A stretch of 64,000 nt of DNA from Candidatus Rokubacteria bacterium RIFCSPLOWO2_02_FULL_73_56 (GCA_001788495.1 MGCF01000114.1:1074-65073); one strand, 5' to 3'. Positions 38,001-53,000 are shown, numbered from the stretch's first letter. Numbers and translations are program-made. Notes: generated by a model from the letters alone, not told the origin.

Positions 38001-41000
38001 GGTTCACGCCCTCGTTGGTCAGGCGGACGAAGAAGTCGGCGTCGCTCTCGCCGCCGTTCTTGGCCACCACCGTCGGCACCAGGACGCCGGTCGTCTCGTC
38101 GGGCACCATGGCGATCGGCACCGGCGTGCCGCCGAAGTGCAGCGGGCCGCCCGTCGCCGCCGCCGCCACCGTGAACTCGTCGCCCGCGTCCAGGATCGAC
38201 GCGTAGTCGAGGCCGCTGCCGGGCGGCGCCGAGAACTGGACGTCGAGGTAGAGCGGCCGCGGGGTGGCCACCGTGAGGTCGCGATCGGCGTCGAGGACGG
38301 CGACGTCCACGGCCGTCCGGCCGTTGAACGGCGCGCTGACCGTCGCCCGCGGCGCCACCACCGTGAACCGCCCCTCGCTGGCCGCGCTCGGGCCCGCGCT
38401 GTCGCGCCAGCTCCCCAGCGGGAAGGCGACGATGACCTCGCCCAGCGCGAAGTCGCCCTCGAGGTAGTAGCGGAACACGTTCGTGCCGGGCAGCCGGGTC
38501 GGCGCCACCGACGCGATCGTGACCCCCGTGCCGCCCGCCCCGCCCAGCGTGAAGTCGTCGGTGCCCAGCGTCGCCGTGTCCACCGTCCGGTTGGCCGTCG
38601 GCGCCAGCAGCACGTCGATGTAGCCGCGCGAGATCGTCGCCGAGCTCACCACGGTCGGCACGCTCGGGTTCGGCACCGGGTCGCCGGTCGCCAGCTCGAT
38701 CGCCACCCAGCTCGTGTCCACCGGCGTCAGGGTCACGTTGCCGCTCGCGTTCTGGCCGATCACCCAGTACCGGAACGTGTGCGTGACGTCGTCGATGAGG
38801 ATGGGCGACTGGCCCGGGTCGAGGCTCAGGCTGCCGCCCGCCGACGCCACGTCGAACTCCCGGCCGAGGTCGGTGATCGAGGCCTCGTCCAGGCGGTGGC
38901 CGCTCGGCACGCCGAACGTGACGTCGAGGGAGCCGCGTCCGTTCAGCTCGCCGATGGCGATGCCGTCGCCGCTCCGCGGGCCGGCCAGGCTGGCCGTCGG
39001 GGTGAGCGGTGGCAGGTCGGGCACCGCGAACGCGACCTCTTCGCCCGAGGCGTTGCGGAAGCCCATCTTCAGGCGGCCGTCGATGGTGAGGATGCGGACC
39101 TGGTCCGGGATGTCGGCCAGGAAGAGCACGGTCACGTCGCCGCTCGACACCCGCGACAGGTCGGCGTAGAGGCGCCCGCTCACGCTGATCTGGTCGGCGG
39201 CGAAGTTCAGGGTCCCGATGATGAGGAACTTGCCGTCGGTGCTGATCTTGATCGTCACCTGGCCGTTGAAGAGCTGCTGGGAGGTGTAGATCGAGAAGAT
39301 CTTGGCCGAGCCGGTGATGGTCATGGGCGCCGTGAACGCCGCCAGGAAGCCGTTCATCGACGGGTTGGCCTTCACGATCAGGTACTGCGCGGCCACCTGG
39401 GCCTTCACCGTGGACAGCCAGTTGTCCACGCTCACGTTGGCGGGCAGCGCGAAGTCGGGGCCGCGCAGCTGCTCGGGCTGGTCGATCGACGGCAGCGTCT
39501 TGAAGAACTCCACGCCGGCCGTGAAGTCGTTCATGGAGAGGCCGGTGTTGGGCTCGAGCAGGATGCCGGTCGGCAGGCTGGCCGACAGGAACACCGTGAG
39601 CGGGCCGAGCTCGGACAGCGCGAAGCGGATGTTCACGCCGATCGAGCCCGCGATCTTGAAGCCGCCCTCGACGCCCACGAAGAACACGCGGTCGGCCACC
39701 GGCGTGGTCGTGTCGATCGGCTCGATGATCCGGCCGCCCGCGTCGAGCTTCAGGATGCCGCCGATCAGCGTGGCGCTCAGCTCGCCGCCGAACACGTTGC
39801 CCTTCACGGACACGCCGATGGCCGCGATGTCCACGATCGGGAACTCGCCGCGGAGCAGCTTGCCGACGTCGATCTTGACGCCGTCGATCGAGCCGGAGAA
39901 CTCCACGCCGGCCATGCCCTGGATGCCCGTCACGCTCGCCGACAGCGTCAGCACGAAGTTGGCCGGGTCGGCCTGGATGTCCGGCCACTCGATGCCGATG
40001 GCGGTGATGCGGACCGGCAGCCAGCTCGGCCACTTGAAGCTGTCGCCGCTCGCCCCGCCCACCGAGAGGAACACGCCGAAGCCCGGCCGCGTCTGGAACG
40101 AGCCGTCACCGAGGAAGGCGAAGTTCCGCGCCTCGCCCGCGATGACGACGCTGCCCACCTTCACCTCGGCGCCGACCGACTGGAAGCTGACCAGCGGCTC
40201 GTCGTCCGCGGCGCCCGTGTCGATGCTGAAGCCGCGCGCGGTCAGCGTGAGGAACGAGCCGAGCGTGATCCGCATCGTGTCGGCGTCGAAGCGGAACGCC
40301 GAGACCCTGCCATCCTCGAACTCGAGGGTGGCTCGCATCGCCTCGGTGTCCGGCCGGCCCGGCAGGTCGGTCGGCTCGGAGCCCACGCGGTCGCTGATCG
40401 TCGCCGAGATCGGGCGGCCCGGCAGGAACCGCACGCCGCCCGTCGCGAAGAAGATGTTGCCGTCGAAGTCCACCGCCTGGCCGAAGGTCACGCCGAAGTT
40501 CTGGACGCCGATCCTGAGATCGTCGAACTCCAGGATCGAGCCGAACTTGATGCCCGCCCCGGCGCCCGGCCCGCCCGGCCGCCACGTCAGCTCCGCCTCG
40601 CCCAGCCGGAAGCCGTTGTCGTAGACGACGAGGCCGGGGATGCGACGGTCGTCGGCCGGGTTGTTCGGCGTGTCGTTGTCGTCGGTGAACGGCTCGATGG
40701 AGCCCGTCACGCCGAACGACGGGAACGTGATGGCCGCCGCGTTGACGACCACCAGCTCCTGCGGCTTGCCGCCGTGGTCGGCGGCCTTGTAGGCCGGGTC
40801 GTAGGCGATCCGGATGCCCGAGCCCGTCACCCGCACGACGTTCGGGACGAGGACCTCGAGGGTCGCGATGCTGAGGCTGAACTTGCCCGGCACCTCGAAG
40901 GCCGCGAGGAGCCCGGCCGGATCGCTGATCGCCTGCACCGCCTTCATGACGTCGATCTGGACGTCGAAGGTGCCCAGGATGCCGGTGAGCACCGCCGAGA

Positions 41001-44000
41001 TCCCGCTGTTGCTCTGCCCGGCCGCCGCCGACGTGCCGCCGAAGCCCAGGCTGGCCGTGTTCACCTCGATGGCCACCGTCAGCGTGAGCTTGCCGCCCTT
41101 GAAGGACGTGCCGGCCAGGCTGATGGACGGGCCCTCGAGGGAGAGCGGCCCGAGGCTGATCGCGTTGCTCGCCGTCGCGGCCGCCTGCGTGTCGCTGGCG
41201 ATCGTGAAGGCGGCCACGGCGCGGCCGGCGTCCACGAACGTGCTGGGGCCGGTCTGCACGCGCCAGGACGGCGTCGGCGTCACCACGCCCACCACCAGCG
41301 CCGGGAACTCGATGGTGACGGCGCCGTTCACCCACATCTGGTTGGTCGCGACGCTGGCCTTCGGCGTCAGGAAATACCGGAACGTCGTCGCGTTGAGCTG
41401 CAGCGGATCCGGCGTGCCGGTGACGTAGCCGTTGGTCAGGTCGAGGTTGGCGGCGCCGGGGCCGGAGATGCGGATCTCGTCGCCGTCGATCCCGACCAGC
41501 GCGCCGGCCACGCCGGGCACGAACGTCACGTCGATGTACGGCCGCGCCGTCAGCGTGCGGAGGTCCGCCACCACGCCGTTCTGCGGGCTGGCGAGCGTCG
41601 CGACCGGGACCGGCGGCGGCGTCGGGGCCGGGCCGCTCGGCGGCGCCGGCGGGAGCACCACCACCGAGAACTGCTCGATCTCGCTCTGGTTGCTGGCGCC
41701 GCGGGTGTCGCGGAACGAGCCGGCCAGGAACTGGACCTCGACGGTGTCGTACGGGTCGAGCGGGTCGTCCGCGAAGGCGCCGGTGAAGCGGTAGCGGAAC
41801 AGGTTCGGGTTGTTCGGATCCGGCTGCTCGGCGGCGCCGTTGACGTCCACGCCCGCCGCCGCCGCGCCGACCAGCAGGAACTCCGGCGTGTCGTCGGTGA
41901 TCGAGTCGGCGTCCAGCCCCACCCGGTTGACGTCGTTGAACAGGACGTCGATGGAGCCGCGCGCGTTCAGCGTGGCGCGGTCGATCGCCTGCATCGTGAA
42001 CGGCGACTTGAGGTCGGCCGTCGGCGGCCGCAGCGAGGTCGTGGGCGGCGCCGTCGTGAGGCCGACCGTGTCGAAGATCTCGAAGCCGTTGACCCGGATG
42101 TCCTGCAGCTGGAAGCCCGCGCCGCCGCCGATCGCGAAGCGGGCCGAGCCCTTGAGGCTGAAGACCTCCTGGATCGAGCCGTCGATCGGGATGCTGATGG
42201 CGATCTCGGCGTCCGGGATGTCCACGTCGAGCCGCCCGTTCGGCAGCCGGGTGAACCGCACCGTGCCGCTGATGGTCACCAGGTCGGCCGCGCTGACCAC
42301 GAGCTTCGCGCCCGGCGTCACCACGCCCTGCTCGTTGACGCCGGCCTCGAAGACCTCGATCGCCGCGCCGGTGGCGAACGGCATCGTGATGGTGTTGACG
42401 CCCGGCTCGCCCGGCTCGTCCACCTGGCCGTTGCCGTTGTTGTCCACGCCGTCGTCGGGCAGCGAGACGGCGTCGGTCACCGGGCGCCCGGTCTGGTTGA
42501 TGAGCACGCGCAGCGTGCCCGTCACCGTGAGCGGGTCGAGGCCGACCAGGCCCGCGCGGCCGTAGGCGAAGAGCGCGAAGGTGTCGTCGGTCTGGTTGGC
42601 CTCGTCGTTGAGGAACTTGACGACGCCGACCTTGGCCTGGGTGACCAGGATCCCGATCGCGTCCGGGTTGACCGAGTCGTCGGCGAGCCGGTAGGGCCCC
42701 AGCCCGAGGAAGATCTCGACGTCGGCGGCGCCGTAGAAGAACTTGTCCTTCACGTCGTCGCCGTCGGTGTCCTGGCTGATCACCGTGAAGTCACCGGTCA
42801 GGCTCAGGAAGTCGCCGAACGAGATGCTCACGTCCGTGAGGCTCAGCGCGAAGGTCTCCCGGGCGACCTGGACGCGGATCGCCTGGCCGGCCACCGTGAC
42901 CGTCTCGTTGACGTCCTGGCTCGTGGTGTTGATGCCGAGCGTGACGTCGCTGCCGACCTGCAGGAAGTCGCCGGGCGTCTGGATGTCGAAGGTGCCCCGG
43001 AACACGCCCGCCACGCCGCCCGAGTTGGCCACGCCCACCGTCGCCGGCGTGATGATGAGCGCGCCCTGCCCGTCGGTCAGCTCGACGCTGCCGAGGAGAC
43101 CGCCGTCGAACAGGACGTGGACGTCGGTGGCGGCGACGCGCACGACCTTCGGCGCCGCCGGGCCGACCCCGAGCGTGATCTGCTCGAACTGGAAGTTGCC
43201 CTCGAGCGTGAAGGCGGTGCCGCCCACGTAGATCACGAGGTCCACGTCGGTGGCCGTCAGCCGGAAGTACGGGCCGGCCGGCAGCGTGAGCACGGCGGGC
43301 TCGCCGGCCTCGTCCACGGTGCCGTCGTGGTCGTCGTCCTGCCCGTTGGCGTCGAGACCCGGGATCGCGAACGTCTCGTTCACCGCCGTGGCCGCCGTGT
43401 TGATGGCGACGCCGAGGTCCACGTTGGTGAGCGCCACGCCGAAGGTCGTGTCGCCCAGGCTGAAGCCGAGGCCCGTGAGGGTGAACTCGGCGGCCACGCC
43501 CGCGTTGTTGACGAAGATCAGGCCGTTCGGCGTCTGGATGCCCGGGGTCGCGCGGTCGGCCGCCGAGCCCGTCTGCAGGCTGAACACCGGCGGGTCGCCG
43601 AGCGAGAAGTCGAGGTCGCCGACGGCGATCTTGATGGCCGTGGTGCCGTTCGGGCGCGTCGCCTGCTCGAAGAAGATGTCGGCGGCGATGCTCACGCCCG
43701 TGACGCCCAGGGTCACCCGGCCGCTGGCGCGCAGCAGGCGCTGGTCGAAGGCCAGCGGCATCGACGAGGCCGGGCCGGTCGGGACGACCAGGAAGCCGTC
43801 CGGCGAGCCGTTGGCGTCGGCGTCGAACTTCGTGAGGTCCACCACCGGCACCGGCGTCCCGGGCGCGGCCGCCGAGTCGCTCGAGCCGTTGACCTCGACC
43901 GTCATGCCCGTCGCCGAGAGCGTGACGCCGGTCACTCCGACCAGCTCGACCGAGCCGGTGGCCCTGAGCGCGTAGAAGCTGCGGGTGGCCGGCGTGGCCG

Positions 44001-47000
44001 AGACCGGCTTCATGAGGGCCAGGCCGAACTCGACGTCGCTGAGCGTGACGCCGATGGCGCCCGCGGTGGCCGGCGTGTCGGCGCCGTCGATCACGCCGTC
44101 GCCGTTCTCGTCCACCCAGTACGGGCCGCCCATGCCCACGAACGCGTTGACGTTGCTCGCGCCGATCTTGAGCAGGCTCACGCGCGTGGTGCCGGGCACG
44201 CCGACCAGCGTCGCGTCCAGCTCCCAGCCTTTCTCGAAGGCGAAGGCGCCGCTGACGTGGACGAACTCGCCGATGGTGAGGGTCACGAAGCCGGTGGCGC
44301 GCACGAAGCGGCCGGTGAAGGCGAGGAAGATCTGGTCGGCCGGGGCGGGGCCGGTGCGGACGCTGAGGCCGCTCGGCCCGAAGGTGGTGACGAAGTTGAC
44401 GGGGGCCGGGATCGAGCCGGGAGGCCCGCGCGACTCGTTGATCTCGATCGTGAGCTGCTGGACCGACACCGTGAGGCCCTGGATCCCGACCAGCTCGACC
44501 GAGCCCACGGCCTTGAGGGCGAAGAAGCTGACGAGCCGGTCGGCCGGGGCCACGATGGCCGGGGCGCCGGGGGCGCCGGGCGAGGTCGGCTTCATGAGCG
44601 CCAGGCCGAACGAGTCCACGGTGACGGCCAGCCCCATGGCGCCGTCGGCGGCCGGCGTGTCGGCGCCGGTGATCAGGCCGTCAGCATTGCTGTCCACCCA
44701 GTACGGGCCGCCGACGCCCACGAAGGCGCGCACGTTGCTGGCGCCGAGCGTCATCAGCGTCACGTCGCGGTGCGTGCCGTCGGCCAGCGTCACGTTCCGG
44801 GTCGCCCCCTGCTCGAAGGCGAAGCTCCCCGTGACGAACACGAACTGGTCGATCTGGATCGTGACCGAGCCCGACGCGCGGAGCAGCCGGCCCGAGAAGG
44901 CGAGATCGATCACGGGCGCCGGGGCCGGGCCGGTCGCGATGCCGAGCTTGCCGCCCGGCAGCCGCGTGAAGTCCACCACCGGGATCAGCACGCCCGGGGT
45001 GGCGCTGTCGCTGGCGCTGTTGACCTCGACCTGCAGCGTGCCCGCGAGCGTGAAGCCCTCGATGCCGACCAGGGAGGCGCTGCCCCGCGCCTTGAGCGCG
45101 AAGTAGCTCCTGGTCGAGGCCGGCGCCGGCGCCGTCACCACCGGCCGCATCAGGGCCAGGCCGAACTCCACGTTCTGCAGCGCCACGCCGAGCGCGCCGT
45201 TGGCGCCCGGATCGTCGGCGCCGTCGAAGCGGCCGTCGCCGTTCTCGTCCGGGTCGCCGATGCCCACGAAGATGTTGATGCCGCTGCCGCCGATCCTGAG
45301 CGCCGACACGCGCGTGGTCGCGGTCGCGCCCACCGGCGTCACGAAGAGGTCGGCGCCCTTCTCGAAGGCGAAGTTCCCGCTGACGTAGACGAAGCCGTCG
45401 ATCTGCACCGTGGCCGACGCGAACAGGCGGAGCAGCGGGCCGTTCATCGCGAAGGTCACCGCGCTCGGGCCCGTGCCCACGACGAGGTCGTCGCCGAAGG
45501 CGCCGGCGTCGGCGAAGCGGAGCGCTGTCGCCCAGTCGAGCGGGGCCGGCGGCGTGGGCGTGCCCGAGGACTGGTTGATCTCGATCTGGAGCGTGTGCGC
45601 CGTCAGCGTGAAGCCGTCGACGCCGACGAGACCGGCGCCCGCGATCGTCGAGGACACCGCCAGCCAGGACCGCGGGTCGGCCGGCCCGACCGCCGGCAGC
45701 GCCGGCTTGAGGATCGCGACGGCCAGCGTGCCGTGGTCGATCGCGAAGCCCACGCCGTTGACGCCGAGGAACAGCTCGTGGCCGTCGTCGTTCGGGTTGA
45801 TCTCGAGGAACAGCGTCGTGAGCGTCGCGTTGTCCAGGTCGAGCGTGCCGTTGCCGTCGAGGTCCACGTCCACCGTGCGCGTCTCGAAGGCGAACCCGAT
45901 CTGGCCCGACACGAAGCCGAACAGGTCGATCTCGGCCAGGCCGGAGGCGCGCAGCACGTCGCCCGTGAAGGCGATCGGGTGGTCGACGCCGTCCACGTCC
46001 TCGACGATGAGGTCGTCGGGGCCGTCCTGGCCGAAGACGGCGTCGCCGTTCAGGTCGAGCGCGGTCGTCCAGTCGAGCCCGGGGATGGTGCCGGCGGTCG
46101 TCGAGCCGCGGTTGATCTCGACGGTCAGCTCGACCAGCGTCAGCGTCAGGCCCTCCACGCCGACGAAGCCGCCGTCCTCGATCTCGGCCGTCAGCGCCAG
46201 CCACGACCGCGGATCGGCGGGGCCGCTCGCGGGCAGCGCCGGCCTGAGCGCCGCGAGCACGAGCACGCCGCCGCCCACCCGGATGCCGACGCCGCCGGGC
46301 ACGCCGACGAAGACGTCGTCGATCGTCAGCGCGAAGGTCACCAGGCTCGCGTTGTCGAGGTCGCGCGTGCCGTTGCCGTCGAGGTCCACGTCCACCGTGC
46401 GGCTCTCGAACGCGAACCCGGCCTGGCCGCTGACGAAGCCGAAGACGTCGAAGGCGATCTCGCCGGTGGCGCGCAGCCGGTCGTCGGTGAAGTCGATCGT
46501 GAAGCCGCCGACGGTGAGCGCGTCGTCGGTCGCCTCGCCGAACGTCCCGTCGCCGTCGAGGTCGAGCGCGGTCGCCCAGTCGAGCGCCGCCGGCACCGGC
46601 GTCGGGGCCGTGGCCGCGCCGCGGTTCATCTCGACGCCCAGGCTGTTGACGACGACGGTCAGCCCGTCCACGCCCACGAACGCCCCGCCCTCGAGCGAGG
46701 CGCCGAGTGCCAACCAGCTGCGCGTGTCGGCGGGATCCGCCGGCCGGAGGGTGGCCAGGGCGAGCGTGCCTTCCGCGATCGAGAAGCCGATGCCCGGGGC
46801 GCCGATGAAGAGCCCTTCCGAGCCGTTCCCGGCGTCGCCGTCGTCGGGCAGGATCCGGAGCGCGAACGTGGTCAGCGTCGCGTCGTCGAGGTCCCCGCCC
46901 GGCGCCGGCGCGAAGGCGCCGCCGTCGACGTCGGCGTCCACCGTCCGGCTCTGGAACTGGAAACCGACCTTGCCCCGCACCAGGCCGAACACGTCGAGCG

Positions 47001-50000
47001 AGAGCACGCCGGAGGCGCCCAGGACCGGGCCCGTGAAGTCGATCGTGACGCCCGCGACGACCAGCAGGTCGCTCGTCGGCTCGCCGGACGGGATGCCGTC
47101 CTCGCCGAACGTCCCGTCGTCGTCGAGGTCCAGCGCCGCGCGCCAGTTGAGCGCCTGCGCCGCCACCTCGTCGCCGGCCGCCGGCGTCGGGTCGAAGACG
47201 CCGCTCGCCGTGTTGATCTCGAAGGTCACGCCGAGCACGCTGATCGCGAGCCCATCGATGCCGCCGTCGTCGAAGGTGGCGCTGCCCACCGCGCCCTTCA
47301 GCGCCAGCCAGCTGCGCGTGTCGGTGGCGCCGCCCGTCGGGGCCAGCGGCTTCAGCGCGGCGAGGGCCAGCGAGCCGGCGTCGATCTCGAAGTGCACGCC
47401 GTTCGGGTCGCCGACGAAGAGCTGCAGGTCGCTGAGCCGGAAGGTCAGCAGCGAGGCGTTCACGAGGTCCGTCGCCGGGGCCGGCAGGTCCACGTCCACC
47501 CGGCGGACGACGACCTCGAAGTGCGCGCTGCCCGTCACGACGCCGAGGATGTCGAGGTTGGTCAGGTCGCCGGTGACGGCCAGCCGCTCGCCCGTCAGCG
47601 TGATCGGCGCGCCGAGCACGATCACGGCGTCCGCCGGCTCGCCGGCCACGAAGGCGCCGCCCTCGTCGAGGTCGAGCGCCGTCGTCCAGTCGAGCGGGGT
47701 CGGCGGCGTGCTCGGCGCCGTCACCACGCCGCTCGCCATGTTGAGCTCGATGGCGACGTTGGCGATGTCCGCCGTGACGCCCGGGAGCGTGAGCGAGGCG
47801 GCGAGGTTCTCGGCCTGGACGGCCACCCAGCGGCGCGGGTCCACCACGGCGCCGGGCGCCGGGGCGAGGGCCGCGATCCGCACCGTGCCGTCGGAGATCG
47901 TCACGCCGAAGCCCGCCACGCCCACCGCCAGCGAGAAGGTCTCTGGATCGGTCGGCAGCGCCTCGTCCAGGCTGAGCCCGAAGGTGATCAGCACGGCGTT
48001 GTCGAGGTCGCGGAGCGTCGTCGGGGACCCCGGCGTCGTCGGCGTGAAGCCGGGCACGCCGTCCACGTCGGCGTCCACGATGTCGCGGGTCACCTCGAAC
48101 CGGGCGGCCCCGGTGACCAGGCCGAAGATGTTGAGCCCGGTCAGGTCGCCCGCCACCTTCAGGACGTCGGCCGTCAGCGTGATCGCGGAGCCGCCCACGC
48201 TCACCGGGTCGAAGCCGAACGCCCCGGCGTTCTCGTCGAGGTCGACCGCCGTCGTCCAGTCGAGCGCCGTGGCCGTGGCCGGCAGCGTCGCGCTGGCGCG
48301 GTTGACCTCCACGACGAGGTTGACGACCGAGGCCGTCACGCCCGGCAGCGACAGGGTCGCGCCGATCCCGCTCGCCTGGAGCGCCATCCAGCGCCGCGTG
48401 TCCGACGGGTCCGCGGGCGCCAGCGTCGCGATCCGCACGCTGCCGCCCGTGATGGCCACGCCGAAGCCCGACACGCCGACCGCCAGCTGGATGTTGGTCA
48501 GCGCGAAGGTCAGGAGGACCGCGTTGTCGAGGTCGCCGCCCGGGGCCGGGGCAAAGCCGCCGCCGTCGACGTCGACGTCCACGACCTCGCGCTGCACCTC
48601 GAAGTGCGCGCTCCCGCTGACGAGCCCGGCGATGTCGAGGTTGTTCAGGTCGCCGCTGACCACGAGCGCGTCGCCGGTCAGGGTGAGGATCTGGCTGGCG
48701 ACCACCAGGCGGTCGTCCGCGGCCTCGCCGAAGAGCCCGTCGCCGTCGAGGTCGAGCGCCGTCGTCCAGTTCAGCGCCTGCGTCGTCGCCGGCAGGGTCG
48801 CCGTGCCGCGGTTCACCTGGATGACGACGTTGCCGAGCGAGGCGCCGAGCAGCCCGCCCACGTTGAGCGAGGCGCCGAGGCCGCTCGCCTGCACCGCCAG
48901 CCACCGCCGCGTGTCGAGCGTGGAGGCCGGGGCCAGCGCCGCGATGCCCACCGAGCCGCCGGTGATCGACACGCCGAAGCCGGAGAGGCCGACCGTCAGG
49001 CTCAGGGTGCTGAGGCCAAAGGTCAGCAGCGTCGCGTCGTCGAGGTCGCGGGTGCCGTCGTGGTCGACGTCCACGTCCACCGTGCGCATGACCAGCTCGA
49101 AGGTCGCCGAGCCCGTCACGAAGCCGACCACGTCGACCGCGAGCTGGCCGACGACGCGGAGCAGCTCCCCGTCGTGATCGATCGTCAGCTGCGACGACCC
49201 GCCGAGCGTCACGATCGTCGCGACCACCGGGTCCGGCGCGAAGACCGCGTCGTTCTCCTCGAGATCGACGGCGCGCGTCCAGTCGAGCGCCACCGCGTTG
49301 ACGGGCTGGCTGACCGTCCCCGCCCCGTCGCCGTCGAACACGCCGGCGGCGCGGTTGACCTGGACGGACAGCGTGGTCGCGGTCAGCGTCAGGCCCGGGA
49401 TGCCCTCGAAGCCGGCGCCCGAGATGTCGGCCGTCATCGCGAGCCAGCTGCGCGTGTCCGTCGAGCCGGGCGCCAGCGTGCCCGGCGTGAGCGACGCCAG
49501 CGCGAGCCGGCCGCCCGTGACGCGGAAGCCCACGCCCGGCACGCCGATGAAGACGTCCGTGACGCTCAGGCCCAGCGTGACCAGGCTGGCGTTGTGGAGG
49601 TCGCCGCCCACGCCCGGCGTGAAGGTGCCGTCGGCGTCGACGTCCACGTCCACCCGCTGCGACTCGAAGGCGAAGCCGACCGTGCCGGACACGAGGGCGA
49701 AGAGGTCGATGTCCACGACGCCGGTCGCCCGCACGAAGTCGCCGGTGAAGTCGATCGTCTGACCGGCAACCGTCAGCGGCGTGGCGAGCGCCGCCGTCCA
49801 GTCGAGCGCGACGGCCGCGACCTCGTCGCCGCTCGCCGGCGCCTCCGGGGTGGGATCGAGCACGCCGCTCGCCCGGTTGATCTGCACCGCCGCGCTCAGC
49901 ACGTCCAGCGTCAGGCCGTCGAGGCCCAGGAAGCTGGCGCCGCCCACCGCGGCCTTCAGGGCGACGAAGCTGCGGCGGTCCGTCACCACCGTGGGGGCCG

Positions 50001-53000
50001 CGGGCGCCTTGGCCTCGAGAAGGGCGAAGGCGAAGTCCACGCCGGTCAGCGCCAGCCCGGTCGCGCCGGGGGTGCCCGCCGGCCCGTTGACGCCCGCGAA
50101 GGCGCTCACGCCGGTCGCGCCCAGCGTCAGCAGGTCGGCGGCGACGGGCGCCGTGCCGCCGGGGAGCGTCGCCTGGGTCGAGCGCTTCTCGAACTCGAAG
50201 GTGCCGCTCACGAAGAAGAACCCGAACACGCCGAGCTCGATCGTGCCCTTCGCCCGCAAGAGGGTCCCGGCCGCGCCCGGGAAGTCGAGCGTGATCGAGT
50301 TGCCGCCGCCGGTGTTGACCGCGAGCGGCGTCGTGGCGAAGTCGACGACCGCGCTGTTCGCGCCGGCACTGCTCGTGCCGCCGCCCTGGTTGATCTCGAT
50401 GCTCAGGTCCGTCACGCCGACGGTCAGCCCGTCGATGCCCAGGAACGTGGCGCTGCCGACCGTCGCCCGGAGCGCCGTGAACGTCCTGAGGTCGGTCGGC
50501 ACGGCGGGCGCGGCCGGCCGGGTCCGGCTCAGCAGCGCCAGCGCGAAGCCCACGTCGTGCAGGCTGAGCCCGACCGCGGCGGGCGTGCCGCCGTTGAGGC
50601 CGGCGAAGGCGTCCACGTGGCTGGCCCCGATTCGCAGCGCCTGCACGCTGATCGGCTCGGCGTCCCCGACCACCTGCACCGTCGTCGTGCTCTTCTCGAA
50701 CGCGAAGTTGCCGCTGACCTGGAAGAAGCCGTAGACGTCCAGCGCGAGCGTGCCCTCGGCGCGGATCAGCGTGCCCGCGGCGCCGTCGAAGTCGAGCGTG
50801 ACGAAGTCACCGGGATTCGGGCCCGTCGCCACGTCCATCGGCGCCGCGCCGAAGTCCACCACCGTGGTGTTGGCGGCGCCGTTGAGCGTGCCGCCGCCCG
50901 AGTTGACGTCCACGTGCAGTCCGGTCGCGCCGATCGTCAGGCCGTCGATCCCGACGAAGTGCACGCTGCCCACGCTCGCCGTCAGGGCCGTCCAGGTGCG
51001 GAGGTCCGTCGGCGTCAAGCCGGCGGCCGGCGCCCTGGCCTTGAGGAGCGCCAGGCCGAACTCCACGCCGGTCAGCTCGAGCCCGATCGCGCCGTCGTTG
51101 CCGGCCGGTCCGTTGACGCCGGCGAAGGCGTTCACGCCGGTGGCGCCGACGGTGAGGCGCTCGACCTGCACCGTCGAGGGCGTTGTGCCGTCGGTGACCG
51201 TGACGGAGGCCGTCTCCGACTTCTCGAAGGCGAAGCTGCCGTCGAGGAACACGAAGCCGAGGACGGCCAGGTCCACCGTGCCCGCCGCGCGGAGCAGGCT
51301 CCCCTGGGCGCCGTCGAAGTCGATGACCTCGGTGTTGCCGCCCCCGGTGTTCACGGTGAGGGGCGCGGCCGCGAAGTCCACCACCGTCGTGTTCGCCTCG
51401 GCGCCGTTCAGGCCGCTCCCGCGGTTGACGTCGAGGTGGAAGTCGCTCACCGCCACGGTGAGGCCCTCGACGCCCACGACGCGCGCCTCGCCGATGCTCG
51501 CCCGGAGCGCCAGCCACTTCCGGAGATCGGTCGGCGGCGTGAGCACCAGCGGATCGATGACGGGACTCATCATGGCGATCCCGAACTCCACCTGACGGAG
51601 CGCCAGGCCGAGCGCCGTGCCGTTCAGCTCCTGCGACTCGCTCGGGTCGATGAGGCCGTTGCCGTTGGCGTCCGCCCCCGTGGGCACCCCGTTGCCGTCG
51701 AGATCGGTGAAGTACGGACCGTTGATCCCGACGAACGCGCCGAGGTCGCTGCCGCCGACCGTGACGAGATCGACGTCCGCCGACCCGCCGCCACTCAGGC
51801 CCACCACGCGATGCGGGAGCTGCTCGAAGGCGAAGTTCCCGTCGAGGTACACGAAGCCGGCGAGGGCCAGGTGGCCGTTGGTCACCGTGACGCGCAGGAA
51901 CGGACCGGCCGGGATGTCGACCGTCACGCCGTCGATCTCCGTCACGGCCAGGGTCGTCTGGTTGAGCGTGAGCCCGAACGTGCCGCTCACCTCGAAGCCG
52001 TCGATGTCCGGCCCGGCCACCAGGTCGATCGACAGCGTCCCGGCGAGCCCGCCCGGCGACGCCTCGGGCCCGGTCGTCGGCGCGGTGAGCTTGAAGGCGC
52101 CGCGGCCGTTGGCCAGCTCGACGATCCGCGTGGGCCCGGCCGTCAGCGTCAGCTCGACGTCCCGCGCCGTCACCATGATCACGGTCGCGGCGCCCTCGGT
52201 GGTCTTCCGCAGGCGGAACTGGCCCTGGAGGTGCTGGCCGAACGCGTCGAGCCGGCCGCCGAACTCGATGACGAGCTCGGGCGCGACCGGGCCGAAGAGG
52301 TTCTGCGAGTCGACGATGATCCGGAAGTTGCCCTCCGCCGCGAACGGGAAGCCCGCGATCGGATCGCTCGTCAGCGACGCCGTGAACGGCAGGTCGACGT
52401 GCAGCTCGGCCCTCGGCGTGATCGCGAAGAGGCTGCCGATCGGCGTCGCGATCAGGGCGGGCAGCGTGATGCGCCCGTCCACGGCCGGCGCCGTCGGCGC
52501 GAAGGCCACGTCGGCGCCGGCCTGGAGGAAGATCCGCCCGTTGTCGACGCCCGCCGCGAAGCTCCCGACGGCCAGGCCCAGGTCGATCGCGCTGCCGTCG
52601 ATGGTGATCGTGGCGCCGATATGCTCGATCTCGACGAACGCGTCCGCCGCGCTGAGCCCGCTCGTCAGCAGGTTCGAGAGGTTCAGGCCGAAGACCACGT
52701 TGAACTCGAAGTCGGCCTCGAGGTGGATCTCGGCGGCGGCGGTCACCGCGACCAGCGACCCGCCGAGCACGTCGTCGAAGCTCAGGTCGAAGTCGAAGCT
52801 CGGGTTGATGCGGACGGCGATCTGGAACTGCAGCTCGATCCGCCCGCCCTCCGTCACGAGGGCGGCGCCGATGCCCGAGCCCTGGATCTTCCGCTGGGTC
52901 TCGCCGAGCACGACGTCGAACAACCCGCGCAGCGAGGGCGACTCGCTCGCCGCCGTGCGCGCGTCGAAGTAGGCCTCCACCGCGTCGTGGAGCCTCAGCA

